In this document: one piece after another, positions 10,020 through 21,310 of the stretch | Layout: every line of letters starts with the position of its first letter | Position numbering within the stretch: the stretch's first letter is position 1 | The notes under the pieces: generated by a model | Databases searched by the model: none | What the model was told of the DNA's origin: nothing | What the model saw: the letters and a program-made list of their open reading frames with translations, nothing else | NCBI GenBank assembly: GCA_964386355.1 | Contig: CAYLQQ010000003.1 | Span: forward strand, 5,880-69,879 | Length of the DNA: 64,000 nt | Source: an uncultured Pseudomonadales bacterium | GTDB taxonomy: Bacteria > Patescibacteriota > Microgenomatia > UBA1400 > UBA1449 | Reading direction: 5' to 3' | Made by a program: the position numbers and the translations under genes

Positions 10020-10266
10020 GTTTTACACCTTAGGGTTATAATTTTTTTCTCGTTTTCCATATTTCCAAACAGTAATCCCATCTTTGTTCCCCATATCTGG
10101 GTTCCGCAATGCGTGCCAGAGCTTTTTGTTACCCCCCCTCCATCTCTCCTCCACACTTTGGACATTTTAATATATCTACCATATGTTCTCCTTTAACATG
10201 TGATTGTAATTTTTTGCAACTTATAACCTATTACTTATAACTATCCCATTATATCCTTTTTGCCAT

Positions 10267-10288
10267 CAAAAAACCCGCTCGTGGCGGG
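10267..10288 (-). terminator. Rho-independent terminator downstream of 5S rRNA
   Basis: Minus strand reads CCCGCCACGAGCGGG followed by UUUUUU. Confidence 0.55.
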
Positions 10289-10377
10289 TCATCAGATAAT
10301 TAAGATTTATCTTAGCTATCTTTTCCTTAAATTCTTATCTTCCTAAATTCGTTGATTCTTGTTTTTTGATTTCCCTG

Positions 10378-10497
10378 TTCCGGTCTCGGCTTATTTTCAC
10401 AAAAGCTTGTGCTATCACTATCGTCAGCGCTGGAGCGTTTCAAGACTCTGTTCGGAATGGGAAGAGTTGGTACCACCCCGCTTCAGAAACCGGAACA
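10378..10497 (-). rRNA. rrf: 5S rRNA
   Basis: Reverse complement contains CCCATTCCGAACAGAGTCTTGAAACGCTCCAGCGCTGACGATAGTG, matching the 5S consensus CCCATGCCGAACTCAGAAGTGAAACGCCGTAGCGCCGATGGTAGTG. Helix I pairing between the termini (UGUUCCGGU / ACCGGAAC). Confidence 0.75.
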
Positions 10498-10998
10498 CGA
10501 AAATCAAAATGACAAAGTGCGTTCTACTTTGTCATCCTGAAACCGACGCAATAGCAGTCGATATTCAGGATCTATAGAAATAACTACTATAGATTCCGGA
10601 TAAGGCTAAGGCCTTTACCGGAATGACATTTCAACTTTTAGTCCTTCAAAAAGTGAATAGAAGTTTTTTCATAATTGCTTTAAAAAGATCACAAGCAATT
10701 TCTTTCATCGATCGATACGTATCTGCTTAGCTTAATGCATTACTGCACGTACACCCGCAGTCGTTATACCTGGTGTTCTACCAGGGATCTCTCTCCCGAT
10801 AAATCGGGAATGGATTCCTCATCTTGGGATCGGCTTCCCGCTTCAGATGCTTTCAGCGGTTATCCGTTGGCAATGTAGCTATCCAGCCATGCCGCTGACG
10901 CGACAACTGGCGTACTAGGGATTGCCTCACCCCGGTCCTCTCGTACTAGGGGCAACTTCCCTCAAGAATCCTGCGCATACACCGGATAGAGACCGACA

Positions 10999-11823
10999 TT
11001 ATTGTTATTTCAAAAATTTGAAAGTAAGCTACTTTGGTGCTTACTCCTCACATCACTATGAGGGTCCGACCATATCTTTACCAATTTATATTGATATCTG
11101 ACGTATGGCCTGTGAGGATTCTAAGGTATATGATTTCACAATTTCGTTCTTTGAAAATTTACGTTTACCTGTATTCATCGCTAAACTTATATCTATAATT
11201 TGTTCAATTCCTGCTCTAGTTAAATGTTTTTTGACACTCACCAGATTAAGAACTTGTTCAAACTGTTCACAAGCTTTGCGCTTAATGATAAGTTTATCCT
11301 TTACAAAAGGTAAAACTTTGGTTTGTAAACTTTTCAAATCCCGAACTACAAATGCAAGTGATTTATCTGAAAAATAATCTTTCTTGTGGTTTAGTTTTAC
11401 ATAACCGCAGTCAAGCCGCTTCTGTAAATAATCTAATACCATTTTACCTTGAGGGTTCTGAGATACTTTAAAAAAATAAATAACTTGCCAACCTGTTTTA
11501 GTTTCTTTGGCTGGCACAATACTTACATAAAACATCCCTTCCCCTTCAATAAAACCTCTCAGATACTCATCACTTATCTGTAGACTCATATACTCTAGTC
11601 TTTCCTGCTGATTGTCTTGCTCGCATATCCGAAGCGAACCAGCATACATTTTTACTAGTATATAAAATATATACTAAGTAGTCTGCTGTTATCAAGATGT
11701 TCCAGCATATAGTCAGATTTATATCCCTAAATTCTAATATTTGGACAAAAAGAAAAAAATTAAACGAGACATCGATAGGGAGAGACAGTTCGAATGTCAC
11801 CACCAAATGTTAAAGGTGGTCAG
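10999..11823 (-). mobile_element. Group-I-type intron inserted in 23S rRNA domain V (near E. coli position ~2593) carrying a homing endonuclease ORF
   Basis: Exon sequence ...GUGAGACAG | insertion | (U)GUCGGUCUCUAUCC..., where E. coli has GAGACAGUUCGGUCCCUAUC. The insertion contains a LAGLIDADG ORF. Boundaries approximate to within +/-5 nt. Confidence 0.65.
11086..11649 (-). CDS. Single-motif LAGLIDADG homing endonuclease (I-CreI-like), intron-encoded
   Basis: 187 aa with the motif LRGFIEGEGMFYV (LAGLIDADG class). Located wholly inside the 23S insertion. Confidence 0.85.
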   Translation of the reverse strand: MYAGSLRICEQDNQQERLEYMSLQISDEYLRGFIEGEGMFYVSIVPAKETKTGWQVIYFFKVSQNPQGKMVLDYLQKRLDCGYVKLNHKKDYFSDKSLAFVVRDLKSLQTKVLPFVKDKLIIKRKACEQFEQVLNLVSVKKHLTRAGIEQIIDISLAMNTGKRKFSKNEIVKSYTLESSQAIRQISI

Positions 11824-11969
11824 CTGTCTCACGACGCTCTGAACCCAGCTCACGTAGCGTTTTAATGGGCGAACAGACCAACCCTTGGGACCTTCTACAG
11901 CCCCAGGATACGCTGAGCCGACATCGTGGTGCCAAACCGCGCCGTCGCTGTGGACGCTTGGGCGCGATC

Positions 11970-12000
<31 letters not shown>

Positions 12001-14609
12001 ATAAGCTCCGTGTGTTCCATGCCACAACGGAGGATCACTATGACCGACTTTCGTCCCTGCTCCACTTGTAAGTGTCACAGTCAAGCATGCTTCATGCCAT
12101 TATACATACACTGCGATTTCCATCCGCAGCAAGCATACCTTTGTACGTTTGCGGTACAATTTAGCAAACCAGCGCCCCACTGAAACTGCCCATCAAACAC
12201 TGTCCCTTTTGCGGTTAGCAAATAGGTGAGAATTATTTAATTCCAAGAGCGGTATTCCACTGACCGATTCCGATAAATCGGAACCGTCCCGCCTATTCTC
12301 GACAATAAAACTAAATAATTCAATGCCAGACTGCAGTAAAGCTCCACGGGGTCTTTTTGTCCAGGTGTATGTAGGCCGCATCTTCACAGCCATTGCAATC
12401 TTCGCCGAGTCGATGGTCAAGACAGTTCTCAAGTCATTACACCTTTCGTGCGCGTCGGAACTTACCCGACAAGGTACTTCGCTACCATAGAACAGTTATA
12501 GTTACTGCTGCCGTTCACCGGGGCTTCGATGAGAAGCAAGATGGACCTTACGGCCCAACCACTCCCGCACTTAACCTTCCGGCACTGGGCAGGCCTCAGC
12601 CCGTATACATCAGCTTTCGCTTTAGCACAGACCTGTGTTTTTGTTAAACAGTTGCTTGAGATTCGTTTGTTGCAGCCCCTATTGCTAGAGGCAGGACATC
12701 TACCGAAGGTACGTCCAGCTAATTTGCCTAGTTCCTTAACCATCGTTCTCTCGCTCGTCTTGGTCTACTCGACCTTCCCACCTGTGTCGGTTTTAGTACG
12801 GATAGAAAACGTACGTTTTAGAGGTTTTTCTTGGAAATATAAAAGTTCAAGGTTAATCCCGACAAGTCGGGACTTCCCCATACAGCTCGTGTAAACGCCA
12901 TGGCGGATTTACCTACCACGACTGCCTCGCTGTCCGGACCGCAATTCAATAAGCGGCCTTGGCTCTCACGTTTCGTCACCCCATCAACATAGTACGTCTC
13001 CCAGTACAGGAATATTAACCTGTTGTCCATCAGCTACGCCAATTGGCCTCGCCTTAGGGCCGACTCACCCGTTCTCGACGACCGTTGGAACGGAAACCTT
13101 GGGATTTCGACGGAAAAGATTCTCACTTTTCTTTCGCTACTCATACTAGCATTCTCACTTGATGCCGCTCCAGCCAGCCTTACAGCCAACCTTCACTGCT
13201 GACATCAACGCTCCCCTACCACTCCTCATCTTGCGATAAGAAATCTCTAATTTCGGTATACTGCTTAACTCTCGTGAAATTTTCGGTGCCTTCCATCCAA
13301 ATCGACTAGTAAGCTGTTACGCTATTTTTAAAGGATGGCTGCTTCTAAGCCGACCTCCTAGCTGTTTAAGATGAAAAACTCCCTTCCTGTATTAACAGTA
13401 ATTTTGAGACCTTAATTGAGAGTCTGGGATGTTTCCCTTTTGCCCATGGAGCTTAGCCCCCACAGACTAACTCTTTATAGTTGTCATCGGTATTCGGAGT
13501 TTGGTTGAGTACCAGGCCACAAGGACCAAGCACCCATCCAGTAGCTCTACCTCCAATGACACAAGATTAAAAGGCTATGCCTAAACATATTTCGGGGAGA
13601 ACCAGCTATCTCCAGGTACGATAAGTATTTTGCTCCGACCCACAAGTCATCCAAAAAGTTTTCAGCCTTAACTGGTGCGGGCCTCCCTCCGATATTACTC
13701 GAAGTTCACCCTGCTCATGGGTAGCTCACCTGGTTTCGGGTCTGCCACATACTGCTGATTCGGGCTATTCACCCTCGCTTTCACTACGCCTTCCCCTTAT
13801 AAAGGGTTAGACTTGCAATATATGAGCAACTCGCTAGTTCATTCTTCAATAGGCACGCGATCATCCCGATTTGCATCGGGACTCTCACTGTTTGTTAGCA
13901 GACAATTTCAGGTTCTATTTCACTGGGTCTCTCACCCTTCTTTTCACCTTTCCCTCACGGTACTTGTACGCTATCGGTAGTTTCAAGTATTTAGCCTTAC
14001 CCCATGGTCGGGGTAGATTCCTCCCGAAGTTTACCGTCTTCTGGAGTACTCAGGATACTTCTAGGGTCATCTCGTCTTTAAAATACAGGGCTGTCACCTT
14101 CTATGGCTCGCCGTTCCAGGCTATTCTTCTAGATTTGATAATCCCATATTGAAGTCCTACAACCTCCTGCATAAATGCAGAATTTGGGCTGTTTCCTATT
14201 CGCTCGTCGCTACTAAGGAAATCTCATTCGATTTATATTCCTCTGGTTACTTAGATATTTCAGTTCACCAGGTTACCATCATCAATCACAAGGATTGACG
14301 ATCATCCCACTTGCGTAGGATGGGGTTTCCCCATTCGGAGACCACCGGGTTATAGGTTGTTGGTACCTAACCGGTGCGTTTCGCCACCAACCGCGTCCTT
14401 CTTCGGCTTGAAACTCCAAGGCATCTGTTGTCTGCTTGAGTAAAAGAAATTGTTCATGAATCTTTTCAAAGCGTTATATGAACGATTGCATATACATACA
14501 TATATACACTTTACTTCTATTCACTTTTTAAAGAACCAAATTGTGCTGTTTCACAGCTTCAGGACAAGTCCGTTCGACTCACCCTGTTCTGAGAACCAAC
14601 AGTATTTAG

Positions 14610-14682
14610 TGGACCTGAGGAGGCTCGAACTCCTTGCCTCTACATTGCAAATGTAGCGCTCTACCAGGTGAGCTACAGGCCC
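14610..14682 (-). tRNA. tRNA-Ala (anticodon UGC)
   Basis: RC = GGGCCTGTAGCTCACCTGGTAGAGCGCTACATTTGCAATGTAGAGGCAAGGAGTTCGAGCCTCCTCAGGTCCA. Full cloverleaf, anticodon loop TTTGCAA, G3:U70 Ala identity pair. Confidence 0.9.
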
Positions 14683-14900
14683 AAAGTTCAAACCATTCCT
14701 AAGCACTTCATAAGGCTAAAAAGAGCTATTAACTAAAAAAGTCTCCCTGAGGAGACTTTGAAACAAACCACTAATACACAGTTTTACCTTATGAAAAATT
14801 TCTGTGTATAAAAATGGATGTCTTTATTCAAAATCATTTTCCTCATGAAATAACTGCCTTTTATGGCAAATGGTATTTTAACAGAGACTTACCTCCCGCG

Positions 14901-15200
14901 TCAAATGGTATTTATAGTTGATGCGAAGATAATTAATACCACTCCTAATAACAACTCAATACCCAATATAACAAATGATGCTTGATTTAACCATTTAGCT
15001 GTTGTGGGGTATATCTTTTTTAGGGAGTAATAGTATATTGCACCCGCCAATACAGGAGAGAATATCATCGTCACTATTGCCCATGCTTTCTGTCCGCGAT
15101 TTAGCACTCCGTTTTGCTTTTTTATTTTTGATAAAAGGAAAAAAGCAGATAAAGTAAAAAATAGACCAATAGTGCGGATTAAAACACTATAATCTTCCAT
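14901..15200 (-). CDS. Small membrane protein, hypothetical (2-3 TM)
   Basis: Track ORF 14901-15230 begins with a TTG that abuts the tRNA-like sequence. The first ATG (15198-15200, MEDYSVLIRT...) is the more plausible start. The protein is hydrophobic. Confidence 0.4.
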   Translation of the reverse strand: MEDYSVLIRTIGLFFTLSAFFLLSKIKKQNGVLNRGQKAWAIVTMIFSPVLAGAIYYYSLKKIYPTTAKWLNQASFVILGIELLLGVVLIIFASTINTI

Positions 15201-15230
15201 GCTGATTATTTTGAAGTAATATTTTGACAA

Positions 15231-15308
15231 TGGGTGACCATGGTTTGTAAACCAAGTACCCCAAGGCTTACCAAACCGCAGTGCTCTACCAATTGAACCG
15301 CTCTGTCA
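15231..15308 (-). pseudogene. Degenerate tRNA-like sequence (partial duplicate of the adjacent tRNA-Ile; acceptor and T-arm do not fold canonically)
   Basis: Shares tgggtgaccatggttt...gctctaccaattga with tRNA-Ile 20 nt away. The 5' acceptor strand (TGACAGAG) cannot pair with the 3' GGTCACCC, and the T-loop is mutated (CTTGGTTTACAAACCATG). Confidence 0.3.
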
Positions 15309-15326
15309 ATCAAGACTATTATTAAG

Positions 15327-15399
15327 TGGGTGACCATGGTTTCGAACCATGTACCTCAGTCTTATCAGGACTGCGCTCTACCAATTGAGCTAGTCACCC
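15327..15399 (-). tRNA. tRNA-Ile (anticodon GAU)
   Basis: RC = GGGTGACTAGCTCAATTGGTAGAGCGCAGTCCTGATAAGACTGAGGTACATGGTTCGAAACCATGGTCACCCA. Canonical cloverleaf, anticodon loop CTGATAA. Confidence 0.9.
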
Positions 15400-15785
15400 A
15401 TAAATACATTTTGTTATATAACAAAGAGCGTCTTTATTATCCTAGTTTTTCTTACCTTTACAATTGATACTTAACTCTTTGAGTTAAGTACGTCCTCACA
15501 GTCCAGGCTATTCACCCAACACAACCACGTATTTTACCAAATTTCCCATCATTTTGTATTCACAAGTTTTAAGGCCTATACACTCTTTTAAATACATAAG
15601 AGTATTTTTCTTTAGACAGGTAAATCAGAGATGCCTTAATGTTTATGTAAGTTTGATAAGAAATTGATATATCTGTTCTTTTAACAATCTAACTATCCGT
15701 ATTCTCTTTTTCATCCTCTTTTCATACTCTTGGGTTAAAGTAATACATATACTATTACATTATTTATATAAGTTAGGAGAACAGT

Positions 15786-16388
15786 ATGCCATTTACCATT
15801 GACCCCCTTCCATACTCATCAGATGCACTAGAGCCCTTTATTGATAAAGAAACTATGCTCCTACATCACGACAAACACCACCAAACATATGCTGATAAAC
15901 TAAATTTAGCTTTGGAAAAATACCCTAAATTATATGAACAGTCACTGGAAAGTCTACTTTCTAATCTGGAAACGGTTCCAACTGATATCCGCACGTCTGT
16001 GAAAAACCATGGTGGTGGCGTTCACAACCACAACCTGTTTTGGAAGATGCTTGCACCAAAGCAGGAAGCAAGCGAAACAATCAAACAAGCTTTGTCTCAA
16101 TCATTTGGAAGTTTTGAGCAGTTTAAAGATCAGTTTGCCCAATCGGCTTTAAACCATTTTGGAAGCGGGTGGGCTTGGCTTGTCAAAGATACCGCTGGAA
16201 AACTTAAAATCTATTCACTTCCCAATCAAGACAGTCCTCTAAGCCAAGGTGATATACCCATTTTGGCTTTGGATGTCTGGGAACATGCCTACTATCTAAA
16301 ATATCAAAATAGAAGAGTTGAATATATCCAAACTTGGTGGAACGTAGTAAATTGGATTACTGTTGAGATAAGACTTAGGGAAGGATAA
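15786..16388 (+). CDS. sodA: Fe/Mn superoxide dismutase
   Basis: 200 aa. LPYSSDALEPFIDKETMLLHHDKHHQTY and DVWEHAYYLKYQNRR are signature SOD_Fe motifs. Lies between 16S and 23S on the opposite strand. Confidence 0.9.
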   Translation: MPFTIDPLPYSSDALEPFIDKETMLLHHDKHHQTYADKLNLALEKYPKLYEQSLESLLSNLETVPTDIRTSVKNHGGGVHNHNLFWKMLAPKQEASETIKQALSQSFGSFEQFKDQFAQSALNHFGSGWAWLVKDTAGKLKIYSLPNQDSPLSQGDIPILALDVWEHAYYLKYQNRRVEYIQTWWNVVNWITVEIRLREG

Positions 16389-16414
16389 AATCATGTCTGA
16401 GCTGGTTCTAAATC

Positions 16415-16744
16415 CTACAGATCGCTAATCCAGGGTGGATCATCATCATAACCAATCAGCTGCCCATTTTTTAAAACCCAATTAGTATCCCCTTTCGGGC
16501 CATAGATAAGCCTTCCGTCTTCATTGTCTAACTTACTATCCTCATCAAGAATGTAATAGCCGGTATATCCATTGGGGCCATAAATGTATTTCTCATCTTT
16601 AATATATGTATTGGTATACCCCTTACCAGCTCCATAAATATAACTTCCACGGATTGTATAATCATCATTCGCCATTAGGGTAACGTAGTTCATAATAAAG
16701 ATAAATAGGTAAACATATATTAAGAAAACCAACAAAAAAACCAC
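16415..16744 (-). CDS. Small Tyr/Gly-repeat protein, hypothetical (start uncertain; an internal ATG is more likely than the listed start)
   Basis: Repeated YIYGxxGYT / YGPxG motifs. The listed start overlaps a terminator hairpin, so the true start is probably MANDDY... or MNYV.... Confidence 0.35.
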   Translation of the reverse strand: MVFLLVFLIYVYLFIFIMNYVTLMANDDYTIRGSYIYGAGKGYTNTYIKDEKYIYGPNGYTGYYILDEDSKLDNEDGRLIYGPKGDTNWVLKNGQLIGYDDDPPWISDL

Positions 16745-16763
16745 CCTTATGAGGTGGTTTTTT
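16734..16763. terminator. Bidirectional terminator hairpin (ccacc-cttatga-ggtgg) flanked by an A-run and a T-run
   Basis: aaaaaaa CCACC cttatga GGTGG tttttt, downstream of 16S on the minus strand. Confidence 0.5.
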
Positions 16764-16856
16764 AATTTGAAATACCCAAGACGTGGAAGAAAACTATTTC
16801 CGCTGATTTCTAGAGTTTGATTCTAGATATTTTTTCTACGCATTACTTTGTAGAGG

Positions 16857-16877
16857 AAAAACCCCGCGTGAGTGGGG
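16857..16877 (-). terminator. Terminator-like hairpin immediately 3' of 16S rRNA (CCCCACUCACGCGGGG + UUUUU on the minus strand)
   Basis: Seen 15 nt after the 16S 3' end. Could also be a processing stem. Confidence 0.4.
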
Positions 16878-16887
16878 AAACCAAACT

Positions 16888-18421
<1,534 letters not shown>

Positions 18422-18634
18422 AATTATGTGCTTACGCACCTAATTACTGAGTAAAAAAAAGAAATCAACAGAGTTAACCATTCCCTAGACCCGACAAGTC
18501 GGGTTGTAGAATGATCGTTTTCTTCCACATCTTGAGATTCAAAATGTGGATTGAGTATTGTATTCAATTTTCAAAGAACAAGTGTCTCTCTTTTTGGGTT
18601 CTCAGTCTGCACGGCCGGGATCCCTTAAGATAAA

Positions 18635-18659
18635 CAAAAAACCCACCAGAGTGGGCTTT
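18635..18659 (-). terminator. Rho-independent terminator downstream of mnmA
   Basis: Minus strand reads GCCCACUCUGGUGGGUUUUUUG. Confidence 0.55.
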
Positions 18660-18780
18660 AGCTAACATCACTTCTGGTTAAGGGCTTTATGACATAATCA
18701 AAATTACTTTTTTCAAAGCAATGGGTATTTTAACAAAACCGTTTGCCTAAATCAAGCCTCAAACAAGCGAGATTACGTCC

Positions 18781-20007
18781 CTATACGATTATCCCTCCCC
18801 CAACGACAATATAATCAGATATTGTCGTTTTTTCTGCATCATTTAAGACTTTTTGATATAAAACTGCACTCTGTCCCGGGCTAACCCCAAACTCAGGTTT
18901 TCTCAATATCGCCTGCCACGAATTTTGATCAAGTTGAACTAAGTCAACTGGTAAAAGCTCGCCGGTATTCCGTATACGAACATACATTTCTGCCGATTCA
19001 GCTTGTGTTACCCTCTCACGTACCTTCATGTGTGTAATTTTAAATGCTAGCTTTTCTGCTTCTTTTCTCTCTCCCACCACCACCACATTCTCTTTTGGTC
19101 TAATTTCAATCACATACAACTTGGGCATATTGGTAAGGTCAAAACGTTCTCTAATTTTGACTTTTGACTCCTCATTTTGCTTCGCTTCGGGAACTATAGT
19201 TTGACTTTTGACGATCCATCTCCAGCTTCCCCTTTTACCCACGGTAAACAGGTAGTATCCATCGTGCTCCCCAACCACCGTTCCGTCACAGAGCTGTACC
19301 TCCCCCTTCATCACCCCAAACTGTTCTTTGAGAAACTGGGGTACATTTATATCACCGACAAAACATATCCCCATCGAATCTTTTTTTTCTGCTACAGGCA
19401 AATTTTGTTCTCTAGCTATCTCTCTCACTTCTGATTTTAAGTAGTTACTCAAGGGAAATAGGACATGTTCCAACCTCTTACTCGACACCTGGTATAAAAA
19501 GTATGTCTGATCCTTTTTAAGGTCTCTAGGGGTATGAAGTATGTAGTATGAAGTGTGGTTTTTTTCATCAGTATTCTGTACTTGTTTCTCCCCATTGTTC
19601 TTTCTTCTTACTTCATACTTCTTGATCCCCGCATAATGTCCCGTTGCCACATATTCATAGCCCTGTTTTCTAGCCCAATCGTAAAACAAACCAAATTTAA
19701 TCACGTTGTTACATAAAATATCAGGATTTGGTGCCCTCCCAGCTTTATATTCTTCAAAAAAGTAGGTAAGTACTTGGTCCTTATACTCTTTTCTAAAATC
19801 TAAAACCTGAAATGGTATACCCAGATGCAGTGCAACTTTTAGCGCGTCTTCCCTGTCCTGCTCAGCTCTGCAGCCCGTTTCACCCCAGCACTGGATATAG
19901 GCAGCAGAAACATCATACCCTTGTTTTTTTAACAGATATGCACAAACCGCCGAATCAACACCGCCTGACAAACCTAGTATCACTTTATTTTTACTATGGG
20001 TCTTCAT
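18781..20007 (-). CDS. mnmA: tRNA-specific 2-thiouridylase MnmA (with ~40-aa insertion)
   Basis: PP-loop LGLSGGVDSAV and YKAGRAPNPDILCNNVIKF, matching the E. coli MnmA motif YKAGRTPNPDILCNKEIKF. Confidence 0.88.
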   Translation of the reverse strand: MKTHSKNKVILGLSGGVDSAVCAYLLKKQGYDVSAAYIQCWGETGCRAEQDREDALKVALHLGIPFQVLDFRKEYKDQVLTYFFEEYKAGRAPNPDILCNNVIKFGLFYDWARKQGYEYVATGHYAGIKKYEVRRKNNGEKQVQNTDEKNHTSYYILHTPRDLKKDQTYFLYQVSSKRLEHVLFPLSNYLKSEVREIAREQNLPVAEKKDSMGICFVGDINVPQFLKEQFGVMKGEVQLCDGTVVGEHDGYYLFTVGKRGSWRWIVKSQTIVPEAKQNEESKVKIRERFDLTNMPKLYVIEIRPKENVVVVGERKEAEKLAFKITHMKVRERVTQAESAEMYVRIRNTGELLPVDLVQLDQNSWQAILRKPEFGVSPGQSAVLYQKVLNDAEKTTISDYIVVGGGIIV

Positions 20008-20242
20008 ATTATATGCTATAGGTCTTATATAGTATTATTTATTGATAATATATTATATTATAACCTGTACATGAAATGTGGATAAGTCTATAAATATTCA
20101 AATCTATAAACTTTAAATATCAAAGATTTTTAATTTTGACTATTAAACATTTGAGTTTTATTTTAAATATATTATCTGTTATTGCTCTTCCAACACACTT
20201 CCTTATATACTTAATACATTATACTAAATACTATTCTGACCT

Positions 20243-21298
20243 ATGAACTTTGACGAAATCGTTTCCCTCTTAGGTGACCAAGCCGAGTATCTCATGGCTC
20301 ACGAGTGCCATACTATAGAGAAGGATAGACTTACTCTTCCTGGCCCCGACTTCATTGATCGGGTATTTACCCACAGTGACCGCAGCAACAAGGTACTGAG
20401 AAGCCTCTCAGAGCTTTTTATGGCTGGCAGATTAGCAGGTACGGGCTACAGTTCGATACTTCCCATAGACCAAGGAATTGAACATAGTGCTGGAGCTGTT
20501 TTTTCAGATAACCCTGACTATTTTGATCCTGAAAACATTGTCAAGTTAGCTATAGAAGGCGGCTGTAATGCCGTAACTTCATCATTGGGAGTCCTGGGTT
20601 TAACTTCACGCAAATACGCCCACAAGATTCCGTTTATACTCAAAATTAACCATAATGAACTTTTGACTTACCCAAATAAGCATGATGAGATCCTCTTTGG
20701 TTCAGTTGACCAGGCATGGAACATGGGAGCAATTGGAGTTGGTGCCACTGTCTACTTTGGCTCACAAGAGTCAAACAGGCAGCTGCAAGAAATATCTAAG
20801 GTATTCCATCAAGCCCACGAAAGGGGTATGTTCACTATTCTCTGGTGCTATTTACGGAACCCTGAGTTCGTCAGGGATGGCACCGATTACCACACAAGCA
20901 CCGATACCACAGCCCAGGCTCTCCACCTTGCTGCATCGATAGAGGCAGACATCGTCAAGCAAAAACTGCCTACCAATAACCGTGCATTTCAAAACCTTAA
21001 TTTTGGCAAGTGGGATGAACGCATGTATACAGACCTATGTTCTGACCATCCGATTGATATGGTTCGCTACCAGGTTGCTAACGCTTATATGGGTAAAATT
21101 GGTCTCATTAACTCAGGCGGAGAGTCGGGTGATAACGACCTATTTGATGCCGTACGTGCAGCAGTAATAAATAAGAGAGCTGGGGGCATGGGTTTAATAT
21201 TAGGTCGCAAAGCTTTTAAGAAACCACTATCTGAGGGGATTGATATTCTCCATGCTGTGCAAGATGTATACCTGGAAAAGAAGGTGACTATCGCTTAG
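20243..21298 (+). CDS. fbaB: Class I fructose-bisphosphate aldolase (FbaB/DhnA type)
   Basis: Near-colinear similarity to E. coli FbaB from memory ([70 protein letters not shown]). Confidence 0.85.
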   Translation: MNFDEIVSLLGDQAEYLMAHECHTIEKDRLTLPGPDFIDRVFTHSDRSNKVLRSLSELFMAGRLAGTGYSSILPIDQGIEHSAGAVFSDNPDYFDPENIVKLAIEGGCNAVTSSLGVLGLTSRKYAHKIPFILKINHNELLTYPNKHDEILFGSVDQAWNMGAIGVGATVYFGSQESNRQLQEISKVFHQAHERGMFTILWCYLRNPEFVRDGTDYHTSTDTTAQALHLAASIEADIVKQKLPTNNRAFQNLNFGKWDERMYTDLCSDHPIDMVRYQVANAYMGKIGLINSGGESGDNDLFDAVRAAVINKRAGGMGLILGRKAFKKPLSEGIDILHAVQDVYLEKKVTIA

Positions 21299-21310
21299 TG
21301 TCACTTGGTG

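Noticed and set aside
20078-20086. Perfect DnaA box (TTATCCACA, as tgtggataa) in the mnmA-fbaB divergent intergenic region
   Set aside because: Single isolated box with no cluster of boxes and no adjacent dnaA/dnaN. Insufficient to call an origin.
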